Assembly (NCBI GenBank): GCA_044892505.1
Contig: CM097884.1
Span: 37,882,001-37,946,000, forward strand
Origin: Schmidtea nova
Taxonomy: Eukaryota
Direction of reading: 5' to 3'
Length of the DNA: 64,000 nt
Position numbers and translations under genes: made by a program. This document shows, piece after piece, positions 23,290 through 34,424 of the stretch. Each line of letters opens with the position of its first letter. Positions within the stretch are counted from its first letter, which is position 1. The notes under the pieces were generated by a model that made no database searches, was not told the DNA's origin, and saw only the letters and a program-made list of their open reading frames with translations.

Positions 23290-23731
23290 TGGTATTTGCA
23301 TGGTTCGCCTTCTCCATTGCTAATTGGATGACATTTGTCTTTGATATACGTAAATGCATTTGTTTACCCCGCAGGAAACAGACATCAAGATTTCGAATTG
23401 CCATCATAGCTTGTGGGTGAATTGCAAACAGCACCAAAGCCGTATTCTTTTTGTTATAGGTAATTGTAATACTTGTATTAACCATCATGATATTGTTTGC
23501 TTTGATGGTTTCCTCGTTATTTCGACCGTGTATCATTAGAGAGCGTATTAATCTCTTAACAGTTGGACATTGTGCTTTTCTAAATCGTTTTGTTTGATAG
23601 CGGCCAGCAGACTGGGGAATTAATTTTGCATATTTTCCACTATAATTAATGCAATCTGCCAATGACAGATCGACAGCGCGAACATCATCAGTACTCCATT
23701 TAATGAAAAGTTTAAAGTAAGACATATTCAC
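23290..23731 (-). pseudogene. Chimeric fragment: 40S ribosomal protein S5 (uS7) N-part fused to PTB/hnRNP L-like RRM fragment
   Basis: [11 protein letters not shown]...[16 protein letters not shown]...HGRNN (RPS5), then YNKKNTALV...QAMMAIRNL....LRGK...ISK (compare PTB RRM3 FNKKENALV...QAQLAMSHL...LHGK...LSK); intronless. Confidence 0.75.
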
Positions 23732-23842
23732 AGTTTAACAAAGAACACAAAATTATTTATATGAATAAATTCAACAATGCAAAACATATATTTTTAAATT
23801 TCAACAAAATTAAAACAAGCGTTTTTTTATCTTTTCCGTTTT

Positions 23843-24331
23843 TCATACAATTTGTAGGAATACTAAATGCAAATTCAATTTTATTAATAGAAATTGATCG
23901 TTAATTGATAAGTCGGTTTTTGGCAACCGGAAATCTTGACCGATGAAAACAAGAGTTGAAATGAGCAAGCTCCATGACAGTCCGTATTGATTGATTTCTG
24001 ATGCTGGCGAATAATCCTTTAATCGAGATTGATTGTGATCCAATGTATTGATTTGTAGATTTTTTGAGTTAGTCATTTCAGATTTGTCTGGATAGTATAT
24101 TAATATTGATCCAGTTGTTGACAAGCATCTTCCAGTTTGTACGGCTTCTTTACGCATTCCATCAGCGAAACATTTCTGCAATCTACTGAACTGGCAGTTG
24201 TTTCTTCTTTGAATATCAACTACACAATCTCCACTAGAGTAGAACTGATAATTGTTGTCATTTGATGAAAACGAGTCACTGTGAATGTCTTGGGTGAATG
24301 GGTATATCGAATCATTGTTAACGGCTTGCAT
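23843..24331 (-). pseudogene. Nuclear receptor (NR2-like) fragment: second zinc finger, T-box and start of LBD
   Basis: GDCVVDIQRRNNCQFSRLQKCFADGMRKEAVQTGR; DQFLLIK resembles LBD DQxxLL; first finger absent and zinc Cys lost. Confidence 0.75.
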
Positions 24332-24462
24332 TTGTTTTTTTTTGATCAGCGTGAAAAAGAAAATATGTAAATATTAAAACAACATCTATTTTACTCCATT
24401 TAATAATTAATTAATTTATAAAATTGAAAATTTAATCTAAGGCACTACACAATTTCTTTTTT

Positions 24463-24467
<5 letters not shown>

Positions 24468-24511
<44 letters not shown>
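24468..24511. repeat. (TA)n microsatellite
   Basis: Direct reading; similar tracts at ~25936-26001 and ~42261-42337. Confidence 0.95.
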
Positions 24512-24517
<6 letters not shown>

Positions 24518-25289
24518 ATACTCTTAATATATATTTAATTTATATTTATTATAAATATTATATTTAATTATATATTAATTATATCACCACAGATATTTCC
24601 AATTTCAAAATACTGTCTAGACTCTAGAGGTTTTAAAAATTATTATTAACGTGTGAATTATGAGGCTTTGATTCTAAAATCATTTATTCCTAAAATAGAC
24701 ATACAAAATGCAATATCTACATACATTTTCAGAGTTTTTAATTATTTTTACTATGGTTAATAAAAGTTTTATTGGATTGTGCGCATGTGATTATGTAATC
24801 ACTAATAAGCGTATAAACAAGATTAAATTTTATTTCTCTGAAATTGTGTAAAGTCTTATGGTGACAGCTGAACTGTCGAAACATATTGTAATAATATTGT
24901 TTATAAATGGTGTTCTTTTATTTATTTGAATAAATTGTCATTTTTATTTAATAGTTTTTATAATAATAAGTAGATAGAAGTACACTTTCGATGACTCATC
25001 TTTGCAGATGAGAATATCCATCATCATTTTTATTCAAAATTTTTTTTCAAAACATGACAATTTCAATTTTTTCAGAAATCAAATAATATGCATTTTTTAT
25101 ATATTAATATATGGAATTGTTGTGTATTACTCATGCACATGTATTGCACCTTTATGGTATTNNNNNNNNNNNNNNNNNNNNNNNNNNNNNNNNNNNNNNN
25201 NNNNNNNNNNNNNNNNNNNNNNNNNNNNNNNNNNNNNNNNNNNNNNNNNNNNNNNNNNNNNNNNNNNNNNNNNNNNNNNNNNNNNNNNN

Positions 25290-25389
25290 ATTTAAACTAT
25301 TTTGATTTCAGTAATTTACAAACAAACTTGGTTTATTCTCTACCACAAGGGCCCACAATTTGATATACAGCATAATTTCTTAATTCCAT
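25290..25389 (-). pseudogene. Packaging ATPase copy 3 (5' fragment next to N gap)
   Basis: MELRNYAVYQIVGPCGRE*TKFVCKLLKSK. Confidence 0.8.
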
Positions 25390-25487
25390 TTTTAAATTTA
25401 AAAAAGATAGATATAGTGTGTATTAATCAATTAAATGGACTTCATTAAAACATGTATTTATAGTTTGGTTTGATAATTAATTTTTAT

Positions 25488-25900
25488 ATGTTGTCAAATA
25501 TAAATTATATAGGTAAATTAGATGTTTCCAAAATGATTTTTCAAGTGAAAAGCCACAACAAATAGTTGATAGAACTGGAAAATATACAATCATATTTTTC
25601 AAATCTGGCAAATGTAGAATAATGGGTTGCAAGAACCCTATTAATACAAATGACTTTTAATATCAATGATATTCAAATCTAATCAATTATAGTCACTATT
25701 AACATCTGTTTTAATATTAATATATATACAAACTGTCACTAAAATCTAATTGTATGTATGAACCATAACTTTTTCTCGCTTAAAGGCTTTTACACCATAA
25801 CCCTCTATGTGTCAATGTTTTTTTCTAGTGGTAAGGTAGTTGTGTTAAGACTTAAAAATCTAGAGTACCAATTATTTATAAATAATTTTATCATTGAAAC
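25488..25900 (+). pseudogene. TBP-like gene copy 4 (full length, frameshifts and stops)
   Basis: MLSNINYIGK...KPQQIVDRTGKYTIIFFKSGKCRIMGCK...CMYEP*LFLA*RLLHHNPLCVN...SSGKVVVL. Confidence 0.85.
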
Positions 25901-25930
25901 CACCGGATTGTTCGAACAATGATTGGCTCA

Positions 25931-26003
<73 letters not shown>

Positions 26004-26033
26004 AAAGTTATTTTATCTATTTATTTTTTTAAA

Positions 26034-26419
26034 ATGGAACTAATAGATAAATACGGTAAATTAAGCATTATGCATGTTTCATTATTATTATTAGAATTTT
26101 TAGGATTTTCATTGGAGCTATTAATGAATAAGATGGACGATTTATACCCGGAATTCAGAATATCATTAGCTTATACAACTTCGAATTGGTGGCGTACAAA
26201 CTCCGAGGTCGCACTGGAATCGACCTGTTTCAAATCGTCCTGGAACACTGGGCTAGTTTAGATGAAGAGATCCCAAATGTGACAAAACCATATCAGTGCC
26301 CATACAGAATGACGAAATACTATTATTTTGTTTTACAAAATAAATTGAAAACCTTTGATTTTTTAAGTACAATATATATTTTTATTATGTTTTTTTCTTT
26401 TATTGTCTTTAGTAGGTAA
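26034..26419 (+). pseudogene. ORF-X copy downstream of TBP-like gene (frameshifted)
   Basis: MELIDKYGKL...LLLEFLGFSLELLMNKMDDLYPEFRISLAY then LVAYKLRGRTGIDL; aligns with 44023-44253. Confidence 0.5.
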
Positions 26420-26691
26420 CTTAGAAATATTAATTAAATAAATATATTAATTAAATAAGAAAGTTAACATACTAAATAATAATATATAACAATACACATG
26501 CATGACTAACAAAGTCACTTGCATTACAAATGCATGACACTTGCAGTACATGACTAACAAAGACTGCAGTACATATGCATGTTTAACAAAGTCATTGCAA
26601 AACACATGCCGCAATTTGATTGGACAAAGACGAGTATAAAATAAAGATCTCGATGAAATTCGTCATAACTTTAAAATGAAATTACAAAGTT

Positions 26692-27453
26692 TCAAGCGTG
26701 TTCAATTGTTTTATATTTATAAAATAAATTTTTTGAAAAACCGATAGAATTCAAATTTTCGTTTCCAATAAAGCTGACAAAGACTGAATTTTCATATCTA
26801 CGCTCGTCAAATTCTAATGAAGATAATCGAACAAAGACCGAATCGAATAAATTTTTTATTTCATCAGCAAAGAATTCATCTGTCTTACTGTCAAAGATAA
26901 CACTATTCAACCATTTGAAATTTATTTTTTTTACACATTGCATTAACTTGACAAAACCGAAGGCAAAATTATGATTGCCATACACAGCCGCGTCGATATC
27001 AAGTTCATTCAAACTTTCTGGCACATGATCTCCTTGAATCATTGTACTAATCCTGAACGGGCCTAAACAATTACAAGAGAACAGCGTTAATGATTCACAA
27101 TTCTTTCGAGATTCTCGAAGAGCAGTACAAAACCGAGCCGCACCGGCTTTCGGTTTATTAAGATAACCTTCGACGTTGTAGACATCATTGAAATGTAATA
27201 AGATAAATTCTGAAGTCATCAATTCTGAAGCTAAATTGTCTTCAACCATTTCATTGTACATGGAAATAGCAGAATATTTTATGTTAATACATCTTCCCTG
27301 TTCATATTTTCTTGTATTTCTAATTCTAGTTTCATCGGCTTTGGCACTTGCTGTAGCACAAGCTTCACTCACCAGTGAATCTGTTGAGTTAGACTTTCCG
27401 CGATCAACATGAACTATGGCATTCATATTTCGGATGGTTACCATTTTGTCCAT
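26692..27453 (-). pseudogene. Chimeric ORF: eEF2 N-terminal fragment fused in frame to 5'-nucleotidase (calcineurin-like) N-terminal fragment
   Basis: MDK..IRNM..IVHVDRGKS..TDSLV...ETR...TRKYEQGRCINIK (eEF2 with degenerate G1 motif), then LLHFNDVYNVE...GAARF...YGNHNFAFG (5'-NT HFND/GNHEFDFG); intronless and open. Confidence 0.8.
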
Positions 27454-28399
27454 AAGAGTGAAAATAAAAACTAACTCCAATTGTTCAAAATGTTTATTTG
27501 CAAAAATTAATTTACACTCAGCAAAAATTCGAAAATCTCCATAAATTAAAAACACAAGACAATTAATTGAATTAATTCGATAAAACAATCAATATAAACT
27601 CCAAAGTTTTATTATCAAATTTAATAAATTCAAACTCCACCGTGGCGCACACAGACGCTAATCATACAAAAAAGGAATCAGTGCGCACACAGACGCTAAC
27701 ACGATCTCACAAATGGACTTAACAGAGTCGTTATTATCTATAGTTATTCAATAAATAGAATATTTAGCCATCTCAATGTCAGTATGAATTGCAACAACAT
27801 TTTTATAAGTGACAAAGATGCAGTACTTTCTCGGCTTTTCATGAGATAACGTGAGATGATGAATGTCGGTACGCAGACGCAATTAGAATTTACAACAACT
27901 ATTAACCAATGAAACTTATCATCCTAATATTATTACTATGTGTGAAAACTGCAGAAGAAGAAGAACTTTGACAACTTGCTAATCGACGCACCCATTCCGA
28001 AGATAAGACAGTGCTTGAGTGAGTTACACTAAAATATGTGGTAACTTCAACAATTAGTGAAATCAAATTCGAATGCAATGTGAGCAGTGCCCTTCAAAAT
28101 CCGATTTTTTAAAACCTGTTTTGACAAAAATTCAAATCGAAACATTTATTAAAAACCTCTATGGAAAGGTCAAATGTCAAAGTCAAACTATTATTAAAAA
28201 ACAGTATGAACATCTCAGATGTCAAAATCAGAACCACCCAAATTGAAAACCAAACTACAACATTAGTATTACACTATATCAATTTATTTATCCTAATTAT
28301 GATCTTCCTAATAACAATTTCAACACAGCTTGAGAAAATATCTAATATTCCTATGAATAATTTCCAACCAAAGTATTATAAACGTGACCAACTATCATA

Positions 28400-28620
28400 A
28401 TTATCTTTTTTCACCTTTGATCTTTTTTTATTATTATTATCAATAATTCTCATAATGACTATAGATCAAATTTTTTTTTATAAACAATAACACAATATTT
28501 CGGCACAGCCTTTATCAAGTGCGTATACACACTTGATAAAGGCTGTGCCGAAATATTGTGTTATTGTTTATTAAAAAAAATTTGATCTATAGTCATTATG
28601 AGAATTATTGATAATAGTGA
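28400..28620. mobile_element. Palindromic Penelope-like 3'-end remnant (inverted pLTR pair)
   Basis: ~90-bp arms centred at ~28525; same family as 58165-58805, where it is attached to GIY-YIG coding sequence. Confidence 0.75.
28529..28561 (+). ncRNA. Minimal type I hammerhead ribozyme motif (U3-A8 variant)
   Basis: ACAC-UUGAUAA-A-GGC(UGU)GCC-GAA-AUAU-U/GUGU: 4-bp stem I, 3-bp stem II, palindromic stem III; antisense copy at ~28489-28521. Confidence 0.6.
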
Positions 28621-30012
28621 CCAACTATATTAATAAATGCATTTCTTATTTTCTCTTTTCATTAATAATAATAATAGTAAATAATTTGGCATGTAATCCA
28701 AGTGCAATGGAAATGCAATACAAATGCAAAAAATGTCTTTGTTTTAAAATATAAAAATTTTGAAAAAAATTTCTTTGTTAAACGGACAGAGAAAAATTTT
28801 CGAAAAAATGATGAGTCATCGTGTTACTAAAACTAGCAATTTCTTTGTTAAACAAACTTTAAAAAATCTTTGGAAAAAAGCAGTTCCTTTTTAAATGGAC
28901 AGAAAAATTTTCGAAAAAACGATGACTCAATAAAAAAAATTTTTTATTGAATTTCTGGAAAAATTAAAAATTTTTATGGGGGGACCAAAATAATAGAAAA
29001 GTTTTGAAAATTTCTTTGTTATAAAAACGATGAGTCATCGATATTTTTCACATGACCACATTGGCGCTTTAGTTAAGAAAGACTGAGTTATACCATCGAC
29101 TATGACGCATCATCTTGCAGCATGACTCACCCGCTATCAGATGAAAGACTCACAATGATGATTTATCTCTTCGCCGATGAGTCATTCTGTCTTGAACCAA
29201 AGAGCACCCTTTTCATTTCTCTATTGTTTTTTAAAAAATTCTTAGTTAAACAGGCAGTGTATTTAGATAGACCTTGTATAAATATATATATTCATGGTTA
29301 TTTCTTAATAACCATTAAAATATGATTAAAAATGTGGTACGATGAACTAGAATATTTATCACCATTAAAATAGTTAATAATCTCTACATATTTTCGACAG
29401 TTAAACGAGTAAATTCAACGTTTAAATGGTACGTCTCATGAAAAATACTTACAAATATATTTTATAGTTTCACGGAGAAAACAAGAAACAATAGAAAGGT
29501 AAAGCGTTATTGTGAAAGAAAGGGACCGAACATTCAAATAAGCACATATCTTCTGTCTATAGCTTTTGAATCCTTAAAAAGTTTTGAATCAATTATAGCT
29601 CAGGTAACAGCGCTCATTTTTTGCGAGTATTTCACCCAATAGTTACATTACCAACGTTGCTTGCGACAGGTTACTACTAGTTAAACAAGTTATATTGTTA
29701 CCATAGAATTAGATCCTTATGTGGTACCAAGAGTAGTCAATCTTAAATTACGAACCGTCAAAGTTTCGGAAACACTGAATTATTACTCAGTTATATGATT
29801 GTAATGAACATGCAGTTAGAAAACTGCAGAAGCTAGTCTCTTGAACAATTATTATAAAATTGTAAAGAAGTAGTAAAAGCCGATGTCGCTATCATTATTT
29901 TCGAGTTATAAACAAATTAAAAACAATTTTCAATTAAAAACAAAAATATCAAACGAAAAAATTTAAATTGTTCTAAAAACTTATTTTATCGTAGAGTGCA
30001 GTAACAAATTTC

Positions 30013-31190
30013 GGATCAGAAATATTTTTAACCCCAGAGCTTATCAGATATATTTTTTTAACTCCAATCTAAATTGATGTAAAATAAATATTAATTAAAA
30101 AATATAAAATATATTAATGTCCAAATATAAAAAATAATAAAATTATGAAAGTACAAATAAAAAAATAAATAACTACTTAAATTTTAATAAAATCAATTAT
30201 TTTTTCAAGTCTGAATAACTTATTGTTAAATTTCCAGCAAAATTCGTTAAGAAACTGCTGCCTCAATTCTGTTTCAACACCTTTTCTTCTTTGAAATTTC
30301 TATTTTCAATTTACTGTTGAAACTTTCCACAACTTACGTATGAACGCCCGTTATTTTATCCACAAATTTGTATTTATGACACACAGTGCCATGTATAAAT
30401 CCAAATCTTGACAATACAGAGTAACTCTTATGTTCATCAGTATAGTATAGTCAAATTTGGTTGCACCTGAGAGAAAATAATTGGATGCATGGTTGCTGCT
30501 TTTTTTGTTCGGGATTACACAGGCAAAGGACCGAAATATTTGGTCTTTGAACTCAACAATTGTTAAGGCATCCGTTTTATTGGTAGGACTTCTTCCCCGA
30601 TGAGACTTAGCCTTATAATTAAGCCTAGTCTCATCGGCTTGGATAATTACGTCTGGCCACCAAATTTGTTTTCTGAAAAATCTGAGGCCCGAATATTTTC
30701 AAATAGCTTTAAAAGGATTTTGTGTAGTGTTTTTTGATGTATTTTTAGATTTTTCCTCATTGAGTGTTGAGGTTGGTCGTTGCACCACCTTTAAAACTAT
30801 TAAAATATCAGTGTTCAAATTTTCAAAAAACTTTCTTTTTTATTGAACTTCTGGTTTTATAACTAGTGCAGAATTTGTTCATACATCTAAAAATGTAATT
30901 ATCTTTGATTGGTTTGTATTCTACTAAGTTCATTTTTAGCTCACGAGTATTGCAGCGTTCTCTTTTTATGAAGTTATTTATCATAAGGTATTCAATCAGT
31001 TCCTTTTTTGTAAATCTTACAAGCATATTCTCATAATTATCTGAATTCATTTTCATTATAAAGGTTTTTTTGAATTATATTGATCTATTGAAATTCATTA
31101 TTACTGATATTTATCATTTTACTATTTTGTTTAATTATAATTATGAATAGATATATTTTTAACCCCGGGATTAAAAAATATATCTGATCC
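30013..31190 (-). mobile_element. Merlin (IS1016/ISXO2-like) DNA transposon, decayed transposase
   Basis: TIRs GGATCAGA.ATATTTTT... / ...ATATATCTGATCC; 8-bp TSD CAAATTTC (30005-30012, 31191-31198); motifs IIQADET...HRGR, VCHKYKFVD, GVHT*VVESF; N-terminal Zn-ribbon ORF 30823-31056. Confidence 0.85.
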
Positions 31191-32040
31191 CAAATTTCAG
31201 TTGAACTATACTCAATATCAAATGTTACTTTTCTGTTAATTGACACTGTATACATAAAATATTTTTCTTTTTCCACATTTAGATGAATAAATTATAAAAA
31301 TTATCAAAAAAAATTTATACCACTTTTAAACGAAGTCCCTATTTTTTTAAAAGTAACAATTAAAATAAAATTTAAAATTTTTTTATGTAAACCAATAGTA
31401 ATAATTTGAATTTCAAATTAAATCCCAGCTTTAATACTTTGCAATAATCAGTTTCTATGGGTTCCTTTTCAACCAATCAAATATCTTAGATTGGTACACA
31501 CACGTAATATATGCAATTTATGCAATGATCAGAAATTTCAACAGAATCAAATCCTGAAGTGTGTCACGAATTTATATACTATGTCTCCTTGTAAAAGAGA
31601 CAGACGGTTAATTTCATCGATTTTGTGCAACACATACAAGCGCAGGTTCACGTGTAATTGAATGTGTTAGTGCTTTTTAGCATTTGTTTCTTTGGATTTT
31701 GTGTTTACTGCAGTTGGATTCTTTAATTTCATTAGTACCTATCTTCAAAATTCATTTTTTTTCAGTTCCCACTGCCAACAAATCCAAATTCATATTCCAA
31801 GGAGAAAATTTTATCTGGTTTCCTCCTTACCATTTCTTTCGAAACCCATTTGAAAAATATTTATCTCAATTTTTTTTCTAGCATAAAAAAATTTCTTAGC
31901 GGAACTGTGAAAAATTTTTGATTTTATCCAAGAACAGAAAGAAAAAAACAGTTCAATTTGTATTCGGTGACAAAAAAAAACAAAACAGAACAATTGTTTC
32001 TATGCTTTATTGTTAAGTTTATTTTTGGATTTAAACAAAC

Positions 32041-32428
32041 ATGTCAGTAATAGAAGGTGGAAGATTTGATTTCGATGATGGCGGAAGTTATGTTGGAGAA
32101 TGGTGTGATGGTCGAGCCCATGGACTGGGTATAGCTACTGGTCCAGAGAATCAAGGAGAATTTTCCGGTGAATGGGTTATGGGATTTGAAAGCCGAGGGG
32201 TTTATATTTGGCCAAGTGGAAATATTTATGCGGGCGGTTGGATGAAAGGTAAACGTCATGGAGAAGGCGTTCAGATGAAAGGTAAATGGATTTATAAAGG
32301 TGAATTTACAACCGGATTCTGTGGTCGATATGGAGTTAAAGAATCACTCTGTAGTGCTTCGAAATTCGAAGGAAGTTGGCATTTGAATTTATTTGATGGT
32401 TTCGGAGTTGAAACGAATGCAGATGGAA
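32041..32428 (+). CDS. JPH: Junctophilin exon 1 (MORN repeats)
   Basis: GGRFDFDDGGSYVGEW..GRAHGLG.ATGP..QGEFSG.W..GFE..GVYIWPSGN is the junctophilin N-terminus; donor GGAA|GTAAGA, phase 1. Confidence 0.95.
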
Positions 32429-33658
32429 GTAAGAGAATAAATTTAACTTTAATTATATTAATTTTCGGAATTTTGAAAGTAAATATTACAGTATAACTTC
32501 TACATCAATAATCATTTTGGAATTTATTTTTACCATAATGATTATGTTCATATTTAGAATAAAAATTATTTATATTTTTATAAGCCTAATTAAAAAAGAA
32601 TATTCACCTAAAGTTTTAATTGACAAGATTATTATTTTTTTAACGCTGATAATCCCCCAATTTTATATCCTAAATCAGGAACGAGCTACCTTCAGCCCAC
32701 GAGCGTGTGTGTACTAACCCACAGATGTTTTCTAAATGTTAATTAAATCACTGCCGAAGAACATATCTCACGAAATTATTGTATTTTTATTGTGTATTAA
32801 ATTGTTTATAACATTTTAATTGGGCAATTCCTGAATCAATTAAACTGTGGAAAGCTATTTAAGAAGTTGTACACTTGAACCTTACTGATATTTTATTAGA
32901 ATCACATATTTAAATATTGACCCACCCCTACTTTGAATGATTATAATTATATTTTTTTGCGAGTTTTAACCCAGCACTTTTTAGATTATCATTAAAAATT
33001 GGCTCCTCAAAAAAAATTTAAACGAAATCTTTTATTTCACGAAATTTATATGGTTAACGTTTTCAATTTTCGGTATATTAGCAGATCTGCTTTTTAAGCT
33101 CGTATATTATATGTGTATTTTAATTTCTTTATAAATTACAATCTTTCCTTCATATATGAAACTTTTTCTTTTTAACAATATGAAGAAAAATATTCTTAAA
33201 TAAATTCAATTCCTTAAAACTAGACGCAAATTACTAGCAAGTATATTTTCTCTAATACAGAAATAATAAATTGTAAGACATACTGGGAATTTTTATCAAA
33301 ATTAAAACAAAGCAGAAATAAATAAGAAATAGAACTCAAATGTTTAAAATCTATCAATCGATTTATTTAATTTAGTTTTTAGCTTTAATACTATTTGTTC
33401 CTAATTGAAATTTGAAGTTTTATTTAATTCATTTTTATTTTACTTTTTCATGTATTGAATCATTTTTTATATGTAACTTTTATTGTAATGAGATTACAAT
33501 AATAAATCCAAATAAAAACTTTTAAAATTATAATATTTAAGAATAGGTAAAAAAGGAATATTTATTGTTTACATTGTAATTGTTTATTGATTTGTGCTTA
33601 AAAATTACATAATTGGATCTTTATTTTCTAAAAATGTATTTTCAATCTTATGTAATAG

Positions 33659-34424
33659 GCACATACTCTGGCGCTTGGTCAAAGGGCGTACGGCAGGGAC
33701 TTGGTGTGCGAAAATCAGCTGTTTATTCCAAAGCGGCAACACACAAAGATCCGTCATCAGTTCGTGCTGCAACTTCACAAAACAGTTTACTTTCAGCCAA
33801 TGATTCCGATCGTCAAGCTTTTGTCGATGACGCTCGACGTCCAATTGATCATCGAAGTGGATTCGTATTGGTGACGACAAGTAATAATGCAGATATCAAT
33901 GCCAATAAAGAGAAAAAACCCAGCTTTCGAAAAGCACTATTTCGTAAACTGCGAAAACAGAAGTCAACCGGCGACTTGCGCAGTGCTCGCATGGGTGGCT
34001 CTTTGCGATCTACATTAAGTTCAAATAGCGCAGCTAGTCAAGCTACCAATCATTCATTACCCGATTCTTTACCAATACCAAGTCGGGAATTGATTGATCC
34101 AAATGTAATTGAAACTTATTCTGGTCAATGGAAGGAAGATAAACGAGCTGGGTATGGAGTTGCAGAACGAACTGATGGAGCAAAATATGAAGGAGAATGG
34201 TATAATAATAAAAAGGATGGTTATGGTGTTACACACTTTCCAAATGGAACCAAAGAAGAAGGTCGATACAAAGAAAATGTTTTAGTACAGACTTTACATA
34301 AACGACACAAAATATTTGCTCTGAGACATTCCCGCTTGAAAGATAGTGTTGAAGAGGCTGTTAAAAATGCTTTAGAAGCTTCTGCTGATGCAAAAGAAAG
34401 AGCTATGGAAACTGCCAATCAACG
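33659..34424 (+). CDS. JPH: Junctophilin exon 2 (MORN, joining region, MORN 7-8, helix start)
   Basis: Acceptor TAG|GC in phase; TYSGAWSKGVRQGLGVRKS, RSGFVL, ETYSGQWKEDKRAGYGVAERTDG..YEGEW...KEEGRYKENVLV; donor CG|GTAAGA. Confidence 0.95.

Noticed and set aside
24989-29041. CGATGACTCATC / GATGAGTCATCG as TIRs of a Pack element enclosing the TBP copy and eEF2 chimera
   Set aside because: Only ~12 bp, motif is repeated several times locally (28810-29040), and no TSD found
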